The position numbers and the translations under genes were made by a program. Below are positions 1 through 8,805 of a DNA stretch of 64,000 nucleotides, piece by piece. How positions within the stretch are numbered: the first letter of the stretch is position 1; the number at the start of each line of letters is the position of its first letter. Origin of the DNA: Opitutales bacterium (lineage in GTDB: Bacteria; Verrucomicrobiota; Verrucomicrobiia; Opitutales; UBA2987); the NCBI GenBank assembly GCA_021772535.1, contig JAJFLV010000004.1:19006-83005 (forward strand), given 5' to 3'. The notes beneath the pieces are model-generated. The model was given only the letters and a program-made list of their open reading frames with translations, was not told where the DNA came from and made no database searches.

Positions 1-459
1 ATCGTTTCTTTGCGGCCTGAGAAGAGCGGGCGGAATTTCAACACCTTTTTCGGCCAGCAAAAAGACTGTTTCGTTTGCCAGTTTACGCCGACGATAAAAG
101 TAATAAAGGATCACCCCCAGAAAGATTGCCGGGGAAAAAAAGATAATTGCGCAGATAATGATCGCAGCGAGCATTTTGCCCCCGCTTTTACCATCCAGGT
201 CGATGGATATTCCATGGTCTTCGTCTTCCTCATCGGAAGAGGAGCCGAAATCGTCAAAAAAATCATCACCGGCCACCACTACTATTTCTTCCTTTTCTTC
301 TTCCGGTTCCGGCTCCGCCAACCCGGTTGTTGAATCGGCATCGATCTGGACGGAGTTTCCGGGATCTTTTTCCTGGGCCGTTGCCGATGGTAGACCAGCT
401 GGAATCGAGAATGCGAAAATCAGGCTGAGGCAGAGAGTAATGGACTGAATTTTTGACAT
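1..459 (-). CDS. Hypothetical secreted/membrane protein, truncated by the window edge (N-terminal 153 codons present)
   Basis: Not in the ORF track because it runs off the left edge. My own reverse-strand translation from the ATG at 459 gives MSKIQSITLCLSLIFAFSIPAGLPSATAQEKDPGN... This reads as a signal peptide ending ATA-QE, an acidic stretch (EPEPEEEKEE, SSSDEEDEDH), one hydrophobic helix (MLAAIIICAIIFFSPAIFLGVILYYF), then RRRKLANETVFLLAEKGVEIPPALL. It stays open to position 1. Confidence 0.6.
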   Translation of the reverse strand, partial: MSKIQSITLCLSLIFAFSIPAGLPSATAQEKDPGNSVQIDADSTTGLAEPEPEEEKEEIVVVAGDDFFDDFGSSSDEEDEDHGISIDLDGKSGGKMLAAIIICAIIFFSPAIFLGVILYYFYRRRKLANETVFLLAEKGVEIPPALLRPQRND

Positions 460-757
460 GTTTTTTCTTGGTTTTCCTATTTTGATGCGCCTGATTGGGC
501 TAGGGATTCAAAAAAATGTTATTTATTTGATAAATTTTCTTTTAATTTTCCAATTATTGATTTATTCAAACTGTAACAGAAACAACCCCACTGTTGAGCA
601 AACCCAACAATATAATCACTATGTTAAGCAGAAATCGGCCGATCTGGTGGTTATATTGGCACTGGAGGGCCCGGTAGTTGATGGTGTCCTAGCGCCTAAA
701 GACAATACGCCATTGTTAGTAAGAGGCTGCCGGGTTCCTTCGGTGCAGTTTTTCTCA

Positions 758-793
758 AGAACCCCCGGTTCAGGCCGGGGGTTCTTTTTTATT
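758..793 (+). terminator. Rho-independent terminator hairpin, canonical only on the + strand
   Basis: An 11-bp perfect GC-rich stem AGAACCCCCGG (758-768) / CCGGGGGTTCT (775-785) with the 6-nt loop TTCAGG. On the + strand it is followed by TTTTTATT. On the - strand the hairpin is followed by TGAGAAAAA, which has no U-tract. Confidence 0.6.
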
Positions 794-867
794 AGAATCT
801 ATTCTCCAGAGCCTGGGTGGGGGTTTTCAGCGGTGTTGAAAACTGGCTCTGAACCCCTCCTCTCAAG

Positions 868-3690
868 TTATTCCCCTGATTCCTTCTCACCCTCCTGCTC
901 TACACTTCCGGCCATGACGGTTATCATATCATCGGGGTTTAAATACCTTTGAATGGCGGAATTGACGTCTTCAAGTCTGATTGCTTGCAGATCTTTCGGG
1001 TATTGGTCGAGGTAACTGACCGGGCGCCCCATTTGGACAAATGACAGAATTCTTCCGGCCAGGCCGCCGGTGGTAGCCAGCCTTACTTTATAGGAGCCGA
1101 TCAAGGTCGTCTTTTTTGCTGCCAGTTCCTCTTCAGTAATCCCTTCCTCATACCAGCGCTTCAATTCACGATGGGTGGAGGCGAGACCTTTTTCCAGCAG
1201 TTGCGGGGCAAAGGTTGCGCTTATTCGCCAGAGACCGTCACTGTAGAGGTCGTCGCTCATGCGTGAACCGATTCCGTAGGTAAGTCCCTCTTCATCACGC
1301 ACAGTTTGCATCAGCCGGGCGGCAAAATTTCCTCCCAGAATATACGTCCCCATCATCAGATCGAGGTAATCGTCATCGGTTTTACGCAATCCTGAAGCCA
1401 TCGCCAGACGAACGCTGACGCTCGGTTTGTCTGACATATAGACAGTCTCTTCATGTCCCGGATTCCGCCTTCCAGCCGGTTCATAGGATGGAATGTTTGC
1501 CCCTCCAGTCCAGTTTTTAAATGCCTGTCTAATGGAAGTCTGCAATTCTTTTGCATCCAGATCGCCGACAGCCGCCAGGATCATCGAATCGGGCCCATAG
1601 GTCGATTTATGAAAAGCTCGCAAGTCATCCACCGAAACGGATTTAATGTCTTCGATGACCTCTTCCACCGATGGCTGATTATTGGGGTGATCCTTCGGAA
1701 AAACAAGCCGCCCCAATAGGTCCGAGGCTAGATAATTGGGATCTTCCAGCAGTTGTTTCAGTTCTCCCGTGCGCTGCTTTTTCAATTTTTCCAGTTCTTC
1801 CGGATCAAATGCCGGTTCCCTCAATTGTTCGGCCAGAAGATCGATCAGCAACGGCAGGTCTTTTCGCAAACATTGGCCGCTGATGCCGAGCAGGTGTGAA
1901 CTAACTGAAAAACTGAGCGAAGCTCCGACTTTTTCCAATTGCTCAGCCAGCTCGAATTTCCCCTTTTGGGCGGTTCCTTTGTCCAGCATGTTTCCGGTTA
2001 AATCTGCGATGGCGGAATTGTGCTTGGGGCTGAAGACATCCCCTGCCGGGAAGCTACCGCTAATGGTTACCACATCTTTAACTCCCGTTTTCAGTGAAAG
2101 TACTTCGATTCCATGAATTTTGTTTTTCACCACCGCGGCGGAATAGGAACTCTCCTGGTTTTTCGATGTAGAGCCCGATTCCGCTTTGGAAGATTTCGAG
2201 ACTGCGGTACCGGTGAGTCTGTCTATTTCGGAAAGACCCGGCCTGCGGTAGAAGAGGGCGCTGCTTTCGGGTGAAAATTGTTGGGGCGCGGCTTCGGCTG
2301 GTGATCCTCCTCCCGGTATTACAGGGATAAAATATCCGGTGGTGCTATGATCTTCCACCAGATAGGTTTCAACCACCCTCTGAACGTCGGCGGGGGTGAC
2401 CTTTGCGACTTCTTCCGGGTAGCGCAGATAAAAGGTCCAGTCGCCCATGGAAATGGTTTCATTGAGGACACTGGCAATGGAAAATGAACCGTCCCTGGCA
2501 TAAGCGGTATCAGCCAGTATTTGGCTGATGGCCCGGTCGACCTCCTCTTCTGTCACCCCGTTGGATTTAATGTTTTCGTACTCCTTTAGGACAATTTCCT
2601 CCACGGATTCGTGGGTGGTTCCAGGCGTCATGAATACAAAGGGCGCGAAAAGCCCTGGATCATGGAAAGGAAAGTTCCAAAGAAAAACATCCACAGCTAA
2701 CCCCTTATCTGTCAATAGTTTATAAAAACGGCTGTTTTTCCCCGAAGAAAGAATTCTCTCCAATACGCTAAGGGCAAAAGTATCTTCATGCAGACCCTCC
2801 GGAATTTTGTGGGCAATGCTGACGACTCCCAACTGCCCATTGCGTTTCAAGGTGACCCGTCGGGGACCTTTCTGTTCGGGTTCCTCCGTGTACATGACAG
2901 GAATCGGGTGGGGTGAAGAGGGAATCCTGCCATAGTATTTCATGATCATTCCCAGGATTTCCTCTTTTTGGAAATCTCCGATAACGGAAACGGTCGCATT
3001 GTTGGGCCAATAAAAGGTGTTGTAAAATTCACGCAGTTTTTCGATCGACACCTTCTCGATGTCCGAGCGCCACCCGATGGTCGAATGGTGGTAGGGATGG
3101 GCGACGAAAGCCGCCTGATAAATTTCTTTCAGTAGCGCTCGCACGGGATCGTTTTCTCCACGTTCGAACTCGTTCCGAACGACCGTCATTTCGGGTTGCC
3201 GGTCCTCATCCCGCAGGAGCAAGTTGCGCATGCGGTCGGCCTCGATCTCAATGACCATCTCGAGGTGGTCATTTGGCAGATTGGCGTAGTAGTTGGTACG
3301 GTCGTACCAAGTTGTTGCATTGATGAGTGCGCCCACATTTTGCATCAGCCGGGTGGGATCGGTGCCCTTGGCCTTGTTGAACTTTTCCGTTCCCTTGAAC
3401 ATCAAATGTTCGAGCAAATGGGTCGATCCGGTAGAGCCGGTAACCTCGTTGCGGGAGCCGACCAAATAGGTGACCATAAAAGTCGCCACTGGCGCCGAGT
3501 GGTCCTCCATCAGCAGCACCGTAAGGCCATTCCCTTCCAGCAGATATTCCTCGATTCCACCCAGTTCTCTTATCCATTTATAACCTTCGATCTCTGTCGC
3601 TTCCCCAGCGCCGAGAAAACCGGGAAATGTAGCGAGGGCCAAAATTGTGAGCAGAGTTTTCGTATGTTGAGTGTTTCTCATAATTTTCAT
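868..3690 (-). CDS. Secreted M16-family (pitrilysin/insulinase-like) zinc protease, two fused M16 units
   Basis: 940 aa. N-terminal signal peptide (TLLTILALATFPGFLGAG). Inverted zinc motif HxxEH in GSTHLLEHLMFKGT. A second M16-like half follows a Ser/Pro-rich linker. Confidence 0.85.
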   Translation of the reverse strand: MKIMRNTQHTKTLLTILALATFPGFLGAGEATEIEGYKWIRELGGIEEYLLEGNGLTVLLMEDHSAPVATFMVTYLVGSRNEVTGSTGSTHLLEHLMFKGTEKFNKAKGTDPTRLMQNVGALINATTWYDRTNYYANLPNDHLEMVIEIEADRMRNLLLRDEDRQPEMTVVRNEFERGENDPVRALLKEIYQAAFVAHPYHHSTIGWRSDIEKVSIEKLREFYNTFYWPNNATVSVIGDFQKEEILGMIMKYYGRIPSSPHPIPVMYTEEPEQKGPRRVTLKRNGQLGVVSIAHKIPEGLHEDTFALSVLERILSSGKNSRFYKLLTDKGLAVDVFLWNFPFHDPGLFAPFVFMTPGTTHESVEEIVLKEYENIKSNGVTEEEVDRAISQILADTAYARDGSFSIASVLNETISMGDWTFYLRYPEEVAKVTPADVQRVVETYLVEDHSTTGYFIPVIPGGGSPAEAAPQQFSPESSALFYRRPGLSEIDRLTGTAVSKSSKAESGSTSKNQESSYSAAVVKNKIHGIEVLSLKTGVKDVVTISGSFPAGDVFSPKHNSAIADLTGNMLDKGTAQKGKFELAEQLEKVGASLSFSVSSHLLGISGQCLRKDLPLLIDLLAEQLREPAFDPEELEKLKKQRTGELKQLLEDPNYLASDLLGRLVFPKDHPNNQPSVEEVIEDIKSVSVDDLRAFHKSTYGPDSMILAAVGDLDAKELQTSIRQAFKNWTGGANIPSYEPAGRRNPGHEETVYMSDKPSVSVRLAMASGLRKTDDDYLDLMMGTYILGGNFAARLMQTVRDEEGLTYGIGSRMSDDLYSDGLWRISATFAPQLLEKGLASTHRELKRWYEEGITEEELAAKKTTLIGSYKVRLATTGGLAGRILSFVQMGRPVSYLDQYPKDLQAIRLEDVNSAIQRYLNPDDMITVMAGSVEQEGEKESGE

Positions 3691-3760
3691 GGTTAGTTTA
3701 ATTTATTGGAGCAGTGGATAGGGGTGTCAGCCGATTAATGTAATGATTGTTTTGAGATAT

Positions 3761-3794
3761 AAACACGGAAACCACCGGCTGGGAACCGGGGTGT
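3761..3794 (-). terminator. Possible intrinsic terminator after the DUF2807 gene
   Basis: On the - strand: ACACCCCGG-UUCCCAG-CCGGUGGU (7 bp plus one mismatch) followed by UUCCGUGUUUAUAU. It lies about 65 nt past the stop at 3859. Confidence 0.3.
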
Positions 3795-3858
3795 CCGCAT
3801 CAGGATAAAACTATGCCGGGGAAAGGCTCCGCAATCAACTTGAAAACTGAGCCAACAA

Positions 3859-4608
3859 CTACAATTTCTTGATGCTCCCTGCCCCGCTGATCCTTTTCTC
3901 GATTTCAGGATCTCCCTTATAGACGACATCCCCCGCTCCTGAAATTTTCACCTTCAACTCTTCCGTGGCGTGAATTTCAGCATCCCCGGCCCCACTGATT
4001 TTTAGTTGAGTGATTTCCGTCTTCAAATCGAGCGCTTTGATCTTACCGGCTCCGCTGATGGTAATTTTGTGATAATCGGCGCTTCCCGAAAAAGTCATTT
4101 CGCCGGCGCCTGAAATGCTTGTTTCCAATTTGCTCGTTTCCAATTCCAGAATTCCTTCGCTGGCGCCTGAAAAATCCAGCTCGAGTTCTTCGGAGACCAG
4201 GCGCCCCGCCGATTTAATTTCAACGCCGCCGCTGACGTAAATTTCGTTGTATTCCGGCGCTGTTATGTAAAAGCGAATTTTATTTTTACTCCGCAAGCGT
4301 TTTGCGAAGGTGATTTTTAAGCGTCCGTTTTCCACATTCGTTTCGATCAATGGCAACAGGTTTTCATGGGTTTCCACCCGGACCGCATATTTATCCCCGG
4401 TAATGAGCGCCACCTGTCCTTTACCGCGAAAATCAATTTTGTTGAAAGACTCCAATGAGCGTTTTTCGGTTTTAATCTCTCCTTCACCTTTCACGCCGCT
4501 GAAATGGTGGCGACAGCCGGTCGCGAGAATGCCAAAAATCAGCAGTAGGCATACGGCCGGTAGAGGAGAGGGTCGTTTAGAGGCTTTTATGGGTGGGTAT
4601 CTTTTCAT
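3859..4608 (-). CDS. DUF2807-like lipoprotein (putative adhesin head GIN-domain, beta-helix repeats)
   Basis: 249 aa. Lipobox-like LIFGILATGC. Periodic ISGAG / VSGG / FSGAS rungs every ~18-22 residues, as is typical of the DUF2807 family. Confidence 0.65.
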   Translation of the reverse strand: MKRYPPIKASKRPSPLPAVCLLLIFGILATGCRHHFSGVKGEGEIKTEKRSLESFNKIDFRGKGQVALITGDKYAVRVETHENLLPLIETNVENGRLKITFAKRLRSKNKIRFYITAPEYNEIYVSGGVEIKSAGRLVSEELELDFSGASEGILELETSKLETSISGAGEMTFSGSADYHKITISGAGKIKALDLKTEITQLKISGAGDAEIHATEELKVKISGAGDVVYKGDPEIEKRISGAGSIKKL

Positions 4609-4634
4609 CGATTGATTTTTATGCTTTTGCCGTT

Positions 4635-4668
4635 GGAAGCGGGTTTTCCCTTCAAGGAAACCGCTTCC
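4635..4668. promoter_or_regulatory. Strong 13-bp imperfect hairpin in the divergent intergenic region
   Basis: GGAAGCGGGTTTTCC (4635-4649), loop CTTCAA, GGAAACCGCTTCC (4656-4668). That gives 13 pairs with two single-nt bulges. It lies 27-60 nt upstream of the DUF2807 start codon on the - strand. On the + strand it is followed by ATTCCTTGCTTTTCAAT. Confidence 0.45.
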
Positions 4669-4734
4669 ATTCCTTGCTTTTCAATATATGACCCCGCTGG
4701 ACTGGCAATTGGATTCAAAAAAATGCCCAGCTTT

Positions 4735-4750
4735 TGGCAAAAAAATTGCC
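4735..4750 (+). promoter_or_regulatory. Candidate sigma54 -24/-12 promoter element facing the M3 peptidase gene
   Basis: TGGCAA-AAAAA-TTGCC matches the spacing of the TGGCAC-N5-TTGCW consensus (GG and GC 10 nt apart). It sits ~185 nt upstream of the ATG at 4934. The spacer is A-only, and a single match like this could be chance. Confidence 0.25.
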
Positions 4751-4933
4751 TGCCCTGTTTTCCTTTGCCACAGCGACTCGGGGGATGTCTTTTTGCCATT
4801 GCAATCGACTTCGTAATATGGCCAAATGAGGCCTCTGGATCACCAATTCCGATCAATCGACTCCGGAAGGATTTTGAGGAATATTTCCAGCGCTGAATTA
4901 TCCCTACCATATACAATATATTTTAGACAAAAA

Positions 4934-7042
4934 ATGAGATCTGCACCGATTTTTATATTTGCTTCGTTCCTTGTGGCCGGCCTGCTCCTGCCGGAAACCG
5001 ACTCCCGCGCTTCCTTAACAACCCTCGATCATTTTCAGAAAAAAGGTCAGCGTTTTGATGCGGTTTTAAAAGTTCCGGAATTTTCCCGGAAACCCGAGCA
5101 AATCAATAACTCCATATTACACTTGCTGGCGGTGGGAGATATGAGAGGGGATGCCATCGCCAAATTGAAAAAAGGCGAAGTGTCCTTCGAGAACACCATC
5201 GGTGCCATTGACGATTTGTTCTTCCGGATCGAATCGGGGGTCAGTATGATCGGGATATTGAAAAATGCCTCGCCTGATCCCGCCATCAGGGAGGCGGCTG
5301 CCGAGGCCATGAAAAAATACGATGAATGGGAGGTCGCTTTTGAATTTCGAGAAGATGTTTATCGGTCGGTAAAAAATTACGCCGATACCAAACCGAAGCT
5401 GGAAGGCGAAAAAGCGAAATTATTCAAGGAAACTCTCCGGGACTACAAAAGAAATGGCTTCGATCTGCCCAAAGAGGAGAAAGCGCAAATAGAGCTCCTG
5501 CAAAAACGATTAGCCGAGCTCTCCAACGATTTCGACACCAATATTGTCGATGCGACCGCTTCGCTGATCTTTACCGGCAAAGAACTCGAGGGCGTGCCGG
5601 AGTCATTTCTCAGCCAGGAGGAAGTCAAGACTGGAGAGGACGAATACACCATAAAGGCAAATATTACCTGGCATTTCCTGACCGTAATGCAGAATGCCAG
5701 TGATGAGAATACGCGCAAAAAAGTCAAATTGGCCCGCTATTCCCTGGCTCGTGAGAAGAATGTCGGGCTGCTTGATGAAATAATTAAAATTCGCCATCAA
5801 ATTGCTTCCAGCCTCGGTTATTCCTCCTGGGGCGATTACCGGACCGAGGTCAAAATGGCAAAAAGCGCCTCCAATGTGCTTTCCTTCCTTGAAAATCTGA
5901 ACTCGGGGCTAAAGCCGAAATTTGAGGCCGAAATCTCCGCCTTTCAAGCCCTCAAAGCAAAGGATACGGGAAAAAGTAAGGCCAAAATCAACATCTGGGA
6001 CTGGCGCTATTACCGCAACCAGTACATGAAAGAAAAATTTCAGGTAGATATGGAAGCCCTTAGAGTCTTTTTCCCTTATGATGCAACACTCAAGGGAATG
6101 TTCGGCCTTTTCGAAGAAATTTTCGGACTGAAAATTGAAGAGATTGAAAATCCCTACCGCTGGCACGAAGACGTCACCTTGCATGTGGTTACCGATGCAG
6201 ATTCGGGCGCCCCTCTGGGCCTGTTTTATCTGGATATGTATCCCAGACCGGGAAAATTCAATCATTTTGCCCAGTTCACAATAATCGGGAGCAGACATGC
6301 ACCCAGCGGTCAAAAGCAACGGCCCACGGTCGCCCTTATTTGTAACTTCCCTCCACCACAGGGCAATAAGCCTTCCCTACTTTCATTGGATGATGTGGAA
6401 ACACTTTTTCATGAATTTGGCCACGTATTACACTCATTGATGTCCCAGGTGGATTTTTATAGATTTTCCGGCACCAGTGTCCCCAGGGATTTTGTCGAGG
6501 CGCCTTCACAGATGCTGGAATACTGGCTTGAAAACAAGGAAGTACTCGATCGTTTTGCGGCTGATTATCGCGATCCCACGAAAAAGATTTCCGAAGATAC
6601 CCTCGCCAGAATAATCAAGGCAAAAAGGGCCACTGTGGCTACACCCTATAGTCGGCAATTATTATTTGGTCTGATGGACATGTCCTTTCATAGCCCGAAG
6701 ACTGCTTCTGGTGAATTCAATCTTCTGGAGGAATCGGATCGTTTATTCAAAAACTCTTTTCTTCCCGCACCGGAAAACACAGCGTTTCCCGCCTATTTCG
6801 GGCACCTTGTTGGCTACGATGCCGGTTATTATGGATATGCCTGGTCCGATGTCATCGCCGCCGACATGGCCAGTGTTTTTGAAAATGCCCCAGGCGGGTA
6901 TCTCGACCACGAGACCGGCAGGCGATTGCGGAAAGAAATTTACTCTTCAGGGGATTCGCGCGATGTAGGCGAGTCCATCACGGCTTTTCTTGGGAGAGAA
7001 AGGTCAATGGCGCCATTCCTGAAGAAACTCGGTATTAACTAA
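4934..7042 (+). CDS. M3-family zinc metallopeptidase (oligopeptidase A / Dcp / thimet-like) with signal peptide
   Basis: HEFGHVLH zinc motif. The length and C-terminal YGYAWSDVIAAD region are typical of M3. I chose the ATG at 4934 (MRSAPIFIFASFLVAGLLLPETDSRA, signal-like) rather than the track start at 4826. Confidence 0.85.
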   Translation: MRSAPIFIFASFLVAGLLLPETDSRASLTTLDHFQKKGQRFDAVLKVPEFSRKPEQINNSILHLLAVGDMRGDAIAKLKKGEVSFENTIGAIDDLFFRIESGVSMIGILKNASPDPAIREAAAEAMKKYDEWEVAFEFREDVYRSVKNYADTKPKLEGEKAKLFKETLRDYKRNGFDLPKEEKAQIELLQKRLAELSNDFDTNIVDATASLIFTGKELEGVPESFLSQEEVKTGEDEYTIKANITWHFLTVMQNASDENTRKKVKLARYSLAREKNVGLLDEIIKIRHQIASSLGYSSWGDYRTEVKMAKSASNVLSFLENLNSGLKPKFEAEISAFQALKAKDTGKSKAKINIWDWRYYRNQYMKEKFQVDMEALRVFFPYDATLKGMFGLFEEIFGLKIEEIENPYRWHEDVTLHVVTDADSGAPLGLFYLDMYPRPGKFNHFAQFTIIGSRHAPSGQKQRPTVALICNFPPPQGNKPSLLSLDDVETLFHEFGHVLHSLMSQVDFYRFSGTSVPRDFVEAPSQMLEYWLENKEVLDRFAADYRDPTKKISEDTLARIIKAKRATVATPYSRQLLFGLMDMSFHSPKTASGEFNLLEESDRLFKNSFLPAPENTAFPAYFGHLVGYDAGYYGYAWSDVIAADMASVFENAPGGYLDHETGRRLRKEIYSSGDSRDVGESITAFLGRERSMAPFLKKLGIN

Positions 7043-7106
7043 GCTAAACTGAACATTTTTCCAACTGTCAAGATGCCGCAAAAATTTATCAATAAATCAA
7101 TTCCTA

Positions 7107-8756
7107 ATGAAATCTGACAGGATTAATAATATTTCCAAAATGTGGTTCCTCGTCATCCTGGCGGCGTTCTCCATTCTCTTAAACTCCGGTTGTGGAAAAA
7201 AAGAAAAGCCTTCGCTGAAAGCTGCCCGCGAGGGCATTTTTCTTTTCAATAACGGAACCGAACCAAAGGGTTTGGACCCTCATATCGTTACTGGTGTGCC
7301 GGAAAATCATATCATCTCGGCCCTTATCGAGGGCCTTATCGCCTACCACGTGGATGACGATTCCAAGCCCGAACCGGGTGTAGCCGAACGCTGGGAACCG
7401 ACCGAAAATTATAAGGTTTGGACCTTTTTCCTTCGCAAGGACGCGCTCTGGTCCAACGGAGATCCGGTTACAGCGCATGATTTCGTTTATTCCTTCAAAC
7501 GGATGCTTTCACCCAACTTGGGGGCTGAATACGCTGACATGCTCTACATCATTGAAGGGGGCGAGGCTTACAATCACGGTGAAATAACCGACTTCGACAA
7601 AGTGGGAGTAAAGGCCATCGACGACAAAACACTACGGGTAACTTTGGTCGGGCCGACCCCTTATTACCTCAACATGCTCAAGCATTATTCCTGGTTTCCT
7701 GTGCACCCCGGCACCATTGAAAAGTTTGGCAATATTGACGACCGCGTTTCCCTATGGTCGCGCCCGGAAAATTTTGTTGGCAACGGAGCCTTCATCCTCG
7801 CGGAGTGGAAAACCAACCAGATTGTGCGCGTGACCAAAAGCCCCACTTACTGGGACCGGGATACCATGAAACTCAATGAAATACGTTTTTTCCCCATTGA
7901 AAATCCGAACACCGATGAGACTACCTTCCTGGCCGGCCAGGCCCACCACGCCAATACCATCCCCGTTGATAAAATTCCTTATCACCAGAAAAACAATCCC
8001 GAACTCATCCGCATCGACCCCTATCACGGCTGCTATTTTTACCGGCTCAATGTCACACGTCCGCCGCTGAACGACCTTAGAGTTCGCATGGCCCTCAACC
8101 TTTCCATTGACCGTCCCCTCATCGTTACACAGGTGACCAAGGGTGGGCAGCGTCCCGCTTACGGATATACTCCCGATGGTATGTCCGGCTACACAACTCC
8201 GCAGCCATTGAGCTACGATGTGGAAAAAGCCCGCGCACTCCTGGCCGAGGCCGGTTACCCCAACGGGGAAGGATTTCCCCCCACCGACATCCTCATTAAC
8301 ACCTCCGAAAATCATAAAAAAATCGCCGAGGCCATCCAGGAAATGTGGCGAGTAAACCTCAACATTCCCATCACCATTTCCAACCAGGAATGGAAGGTTT
8401 ATCTCGATGCCCAAACCAATTTGCAGTATGACATTTCCCGCTCTGGCTGGATCGCTGACTTTACCGACCCCATCACCTTTTTGGACATGTACACCACCGG
8501 CAACGGAAACAATGACACTGGCTGGTCCAATCCTGAGTTCGACCGGCTCATCGGTCGGGCTAAACAATCAAGCACTCCCGAAGAGCATTTCCAGTCTTTG
8601 GAAGCAGCCGAAAAACTTCTCCTCACCGAGGTTCCCATTGTCCCAATCTATTGGTACACCAGGGTCTATCTGCTGGACCCGATCGTGAAAAACTGGAATC
8701 CAAAATTGCTCGATAACCGACCCTACAAGTATATATATTTCGATTTGGGTGAATGA
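7107..8756 (+). CDS. oppA: Oligopeptide ABC transporter substrate-binding protein (SBP family 5)
   Basis: 549 aa. Lipoprotein-like LLNSGCGKK. Family-5 SBP architecture. First gene of a five-gene opp-type operon. Confidence 0.85.
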   Translation: MKSDRINNISKMWFLVILAAFSILLNSGCGKKEKPSLKAAREGIFLFNNGTEPKGLDPHIVTGVPENHIISALIEGLIAYHVDDDSKPEPGVAERWEPTENYKVWTFFLRKDALWSNGDPVTAHDFVYSFKRMLSPNLGAEYADMLYIIEGGEAYNHGEITDFDKVGVKAIDDKTLRVTLVGPTPYYLNMLKHYSWFPVHPGTIEKFGNIDDRVSLWSRPENFVGNGAFILAEWKTNQIVRVTKSPTYWDRDTMKLNEIRFFPIENPNTDETTFLAGQAHHANTIPVDKIPYHQKNNPELIRIDPYHGCYFYRLNVTRPPLNDLRVRMALNLSIDRPLIVTQVTKGGQRPAYGYTPDGMSGYTTPQPLSYDVEKARALLAEAGYPNGEGFPPTDILINTSENHKKIAEAIQEMWRVNLNIPITISNQEWKVYLDAQTNLQYDISRSGWIADFTDPITFLDMYTTGNGNNDTGWSNPEFDRLIGRAKQSSTPEEHFQSLEAAEKLLLTEVPIVPIYWYTRVYLLDPIVKNWNPKLLDNRPYKYIYFDLGE

Positions 8757-8805
8757 GAAAAGGAATCGGGAACCGCGGACGGCAAAGGTAAATGTAAATT
8801 AGGAA

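Noticed and set aside
636-672. Local resemblance (GATCTGG...TTGGCACTGGAGGG) to the TPP riboswitch core CUGAUCUGGAUAAUGCCAGCGUAGGGA
   Set aside because: The obligatory upstream CUGAGA element and the pairing partners are missing, the match is gapped, and there is no thiamine-related gene context.
621-677. 18-codon mini-ORF MLSRNRPIWWLYWHWRAR (four Trp) upstream of the terminator, reminiscent of a trp-type leader peptide/attenuator
   Set aside because: There is no + strand structural gene downstream for an attenuator to control. There is no Shine-Dalgarno sequence, and the nearby TATAAT has no properly spaced -35 box. I treat it as coincidence unless conservation shows otherwise.
458-952. 164-aa + strand ORF from the track spanning the intergenic region
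   Set aside because: It runs straight through the terminator hairpin at 758-793 and into the antisense of the M16 gene 3-prime end. It has odd low-complexity composition and no motif. The region is better explained as promoter/leader DNA plus a possible ncRNA.
4826-4933. Upstream-extended starts offered by the track (4826 for M3; also 19597 for M20, 19516 for the large amidohydrolase, 36895 for PilB-2, 44428 for LipA, 59142 for NPP, 23247 for the BNR protein, 24237 for the PNP-like protein)
   Set aside because: Most of the extensions start at GTG or TTG codons (19597, 19516, 44428, 59142). Several overlap the upstream gene or precede an ATG that yields a clean signal peptide or canonical N-terminus. 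I chose the downstream ATGs, but these starts remain unverified.
7752-8567. Long antisense ORFs inside confident genes: 7752..8567, 40895..41674, 45034..46059, 46747..47673, 56269..57153, 58150..59007, 63342..63971 and many shorter ones
   Set aside because: Each lies wholly opposite a gene with strong family motifs (oppA, DUF1015, lysS, lolC/E, PLP enzyme, NPP, Mo hydroxylase). Their translations are low-complexity and show no motif. They are shadow ORFs produced by the codon bias of the real frame.
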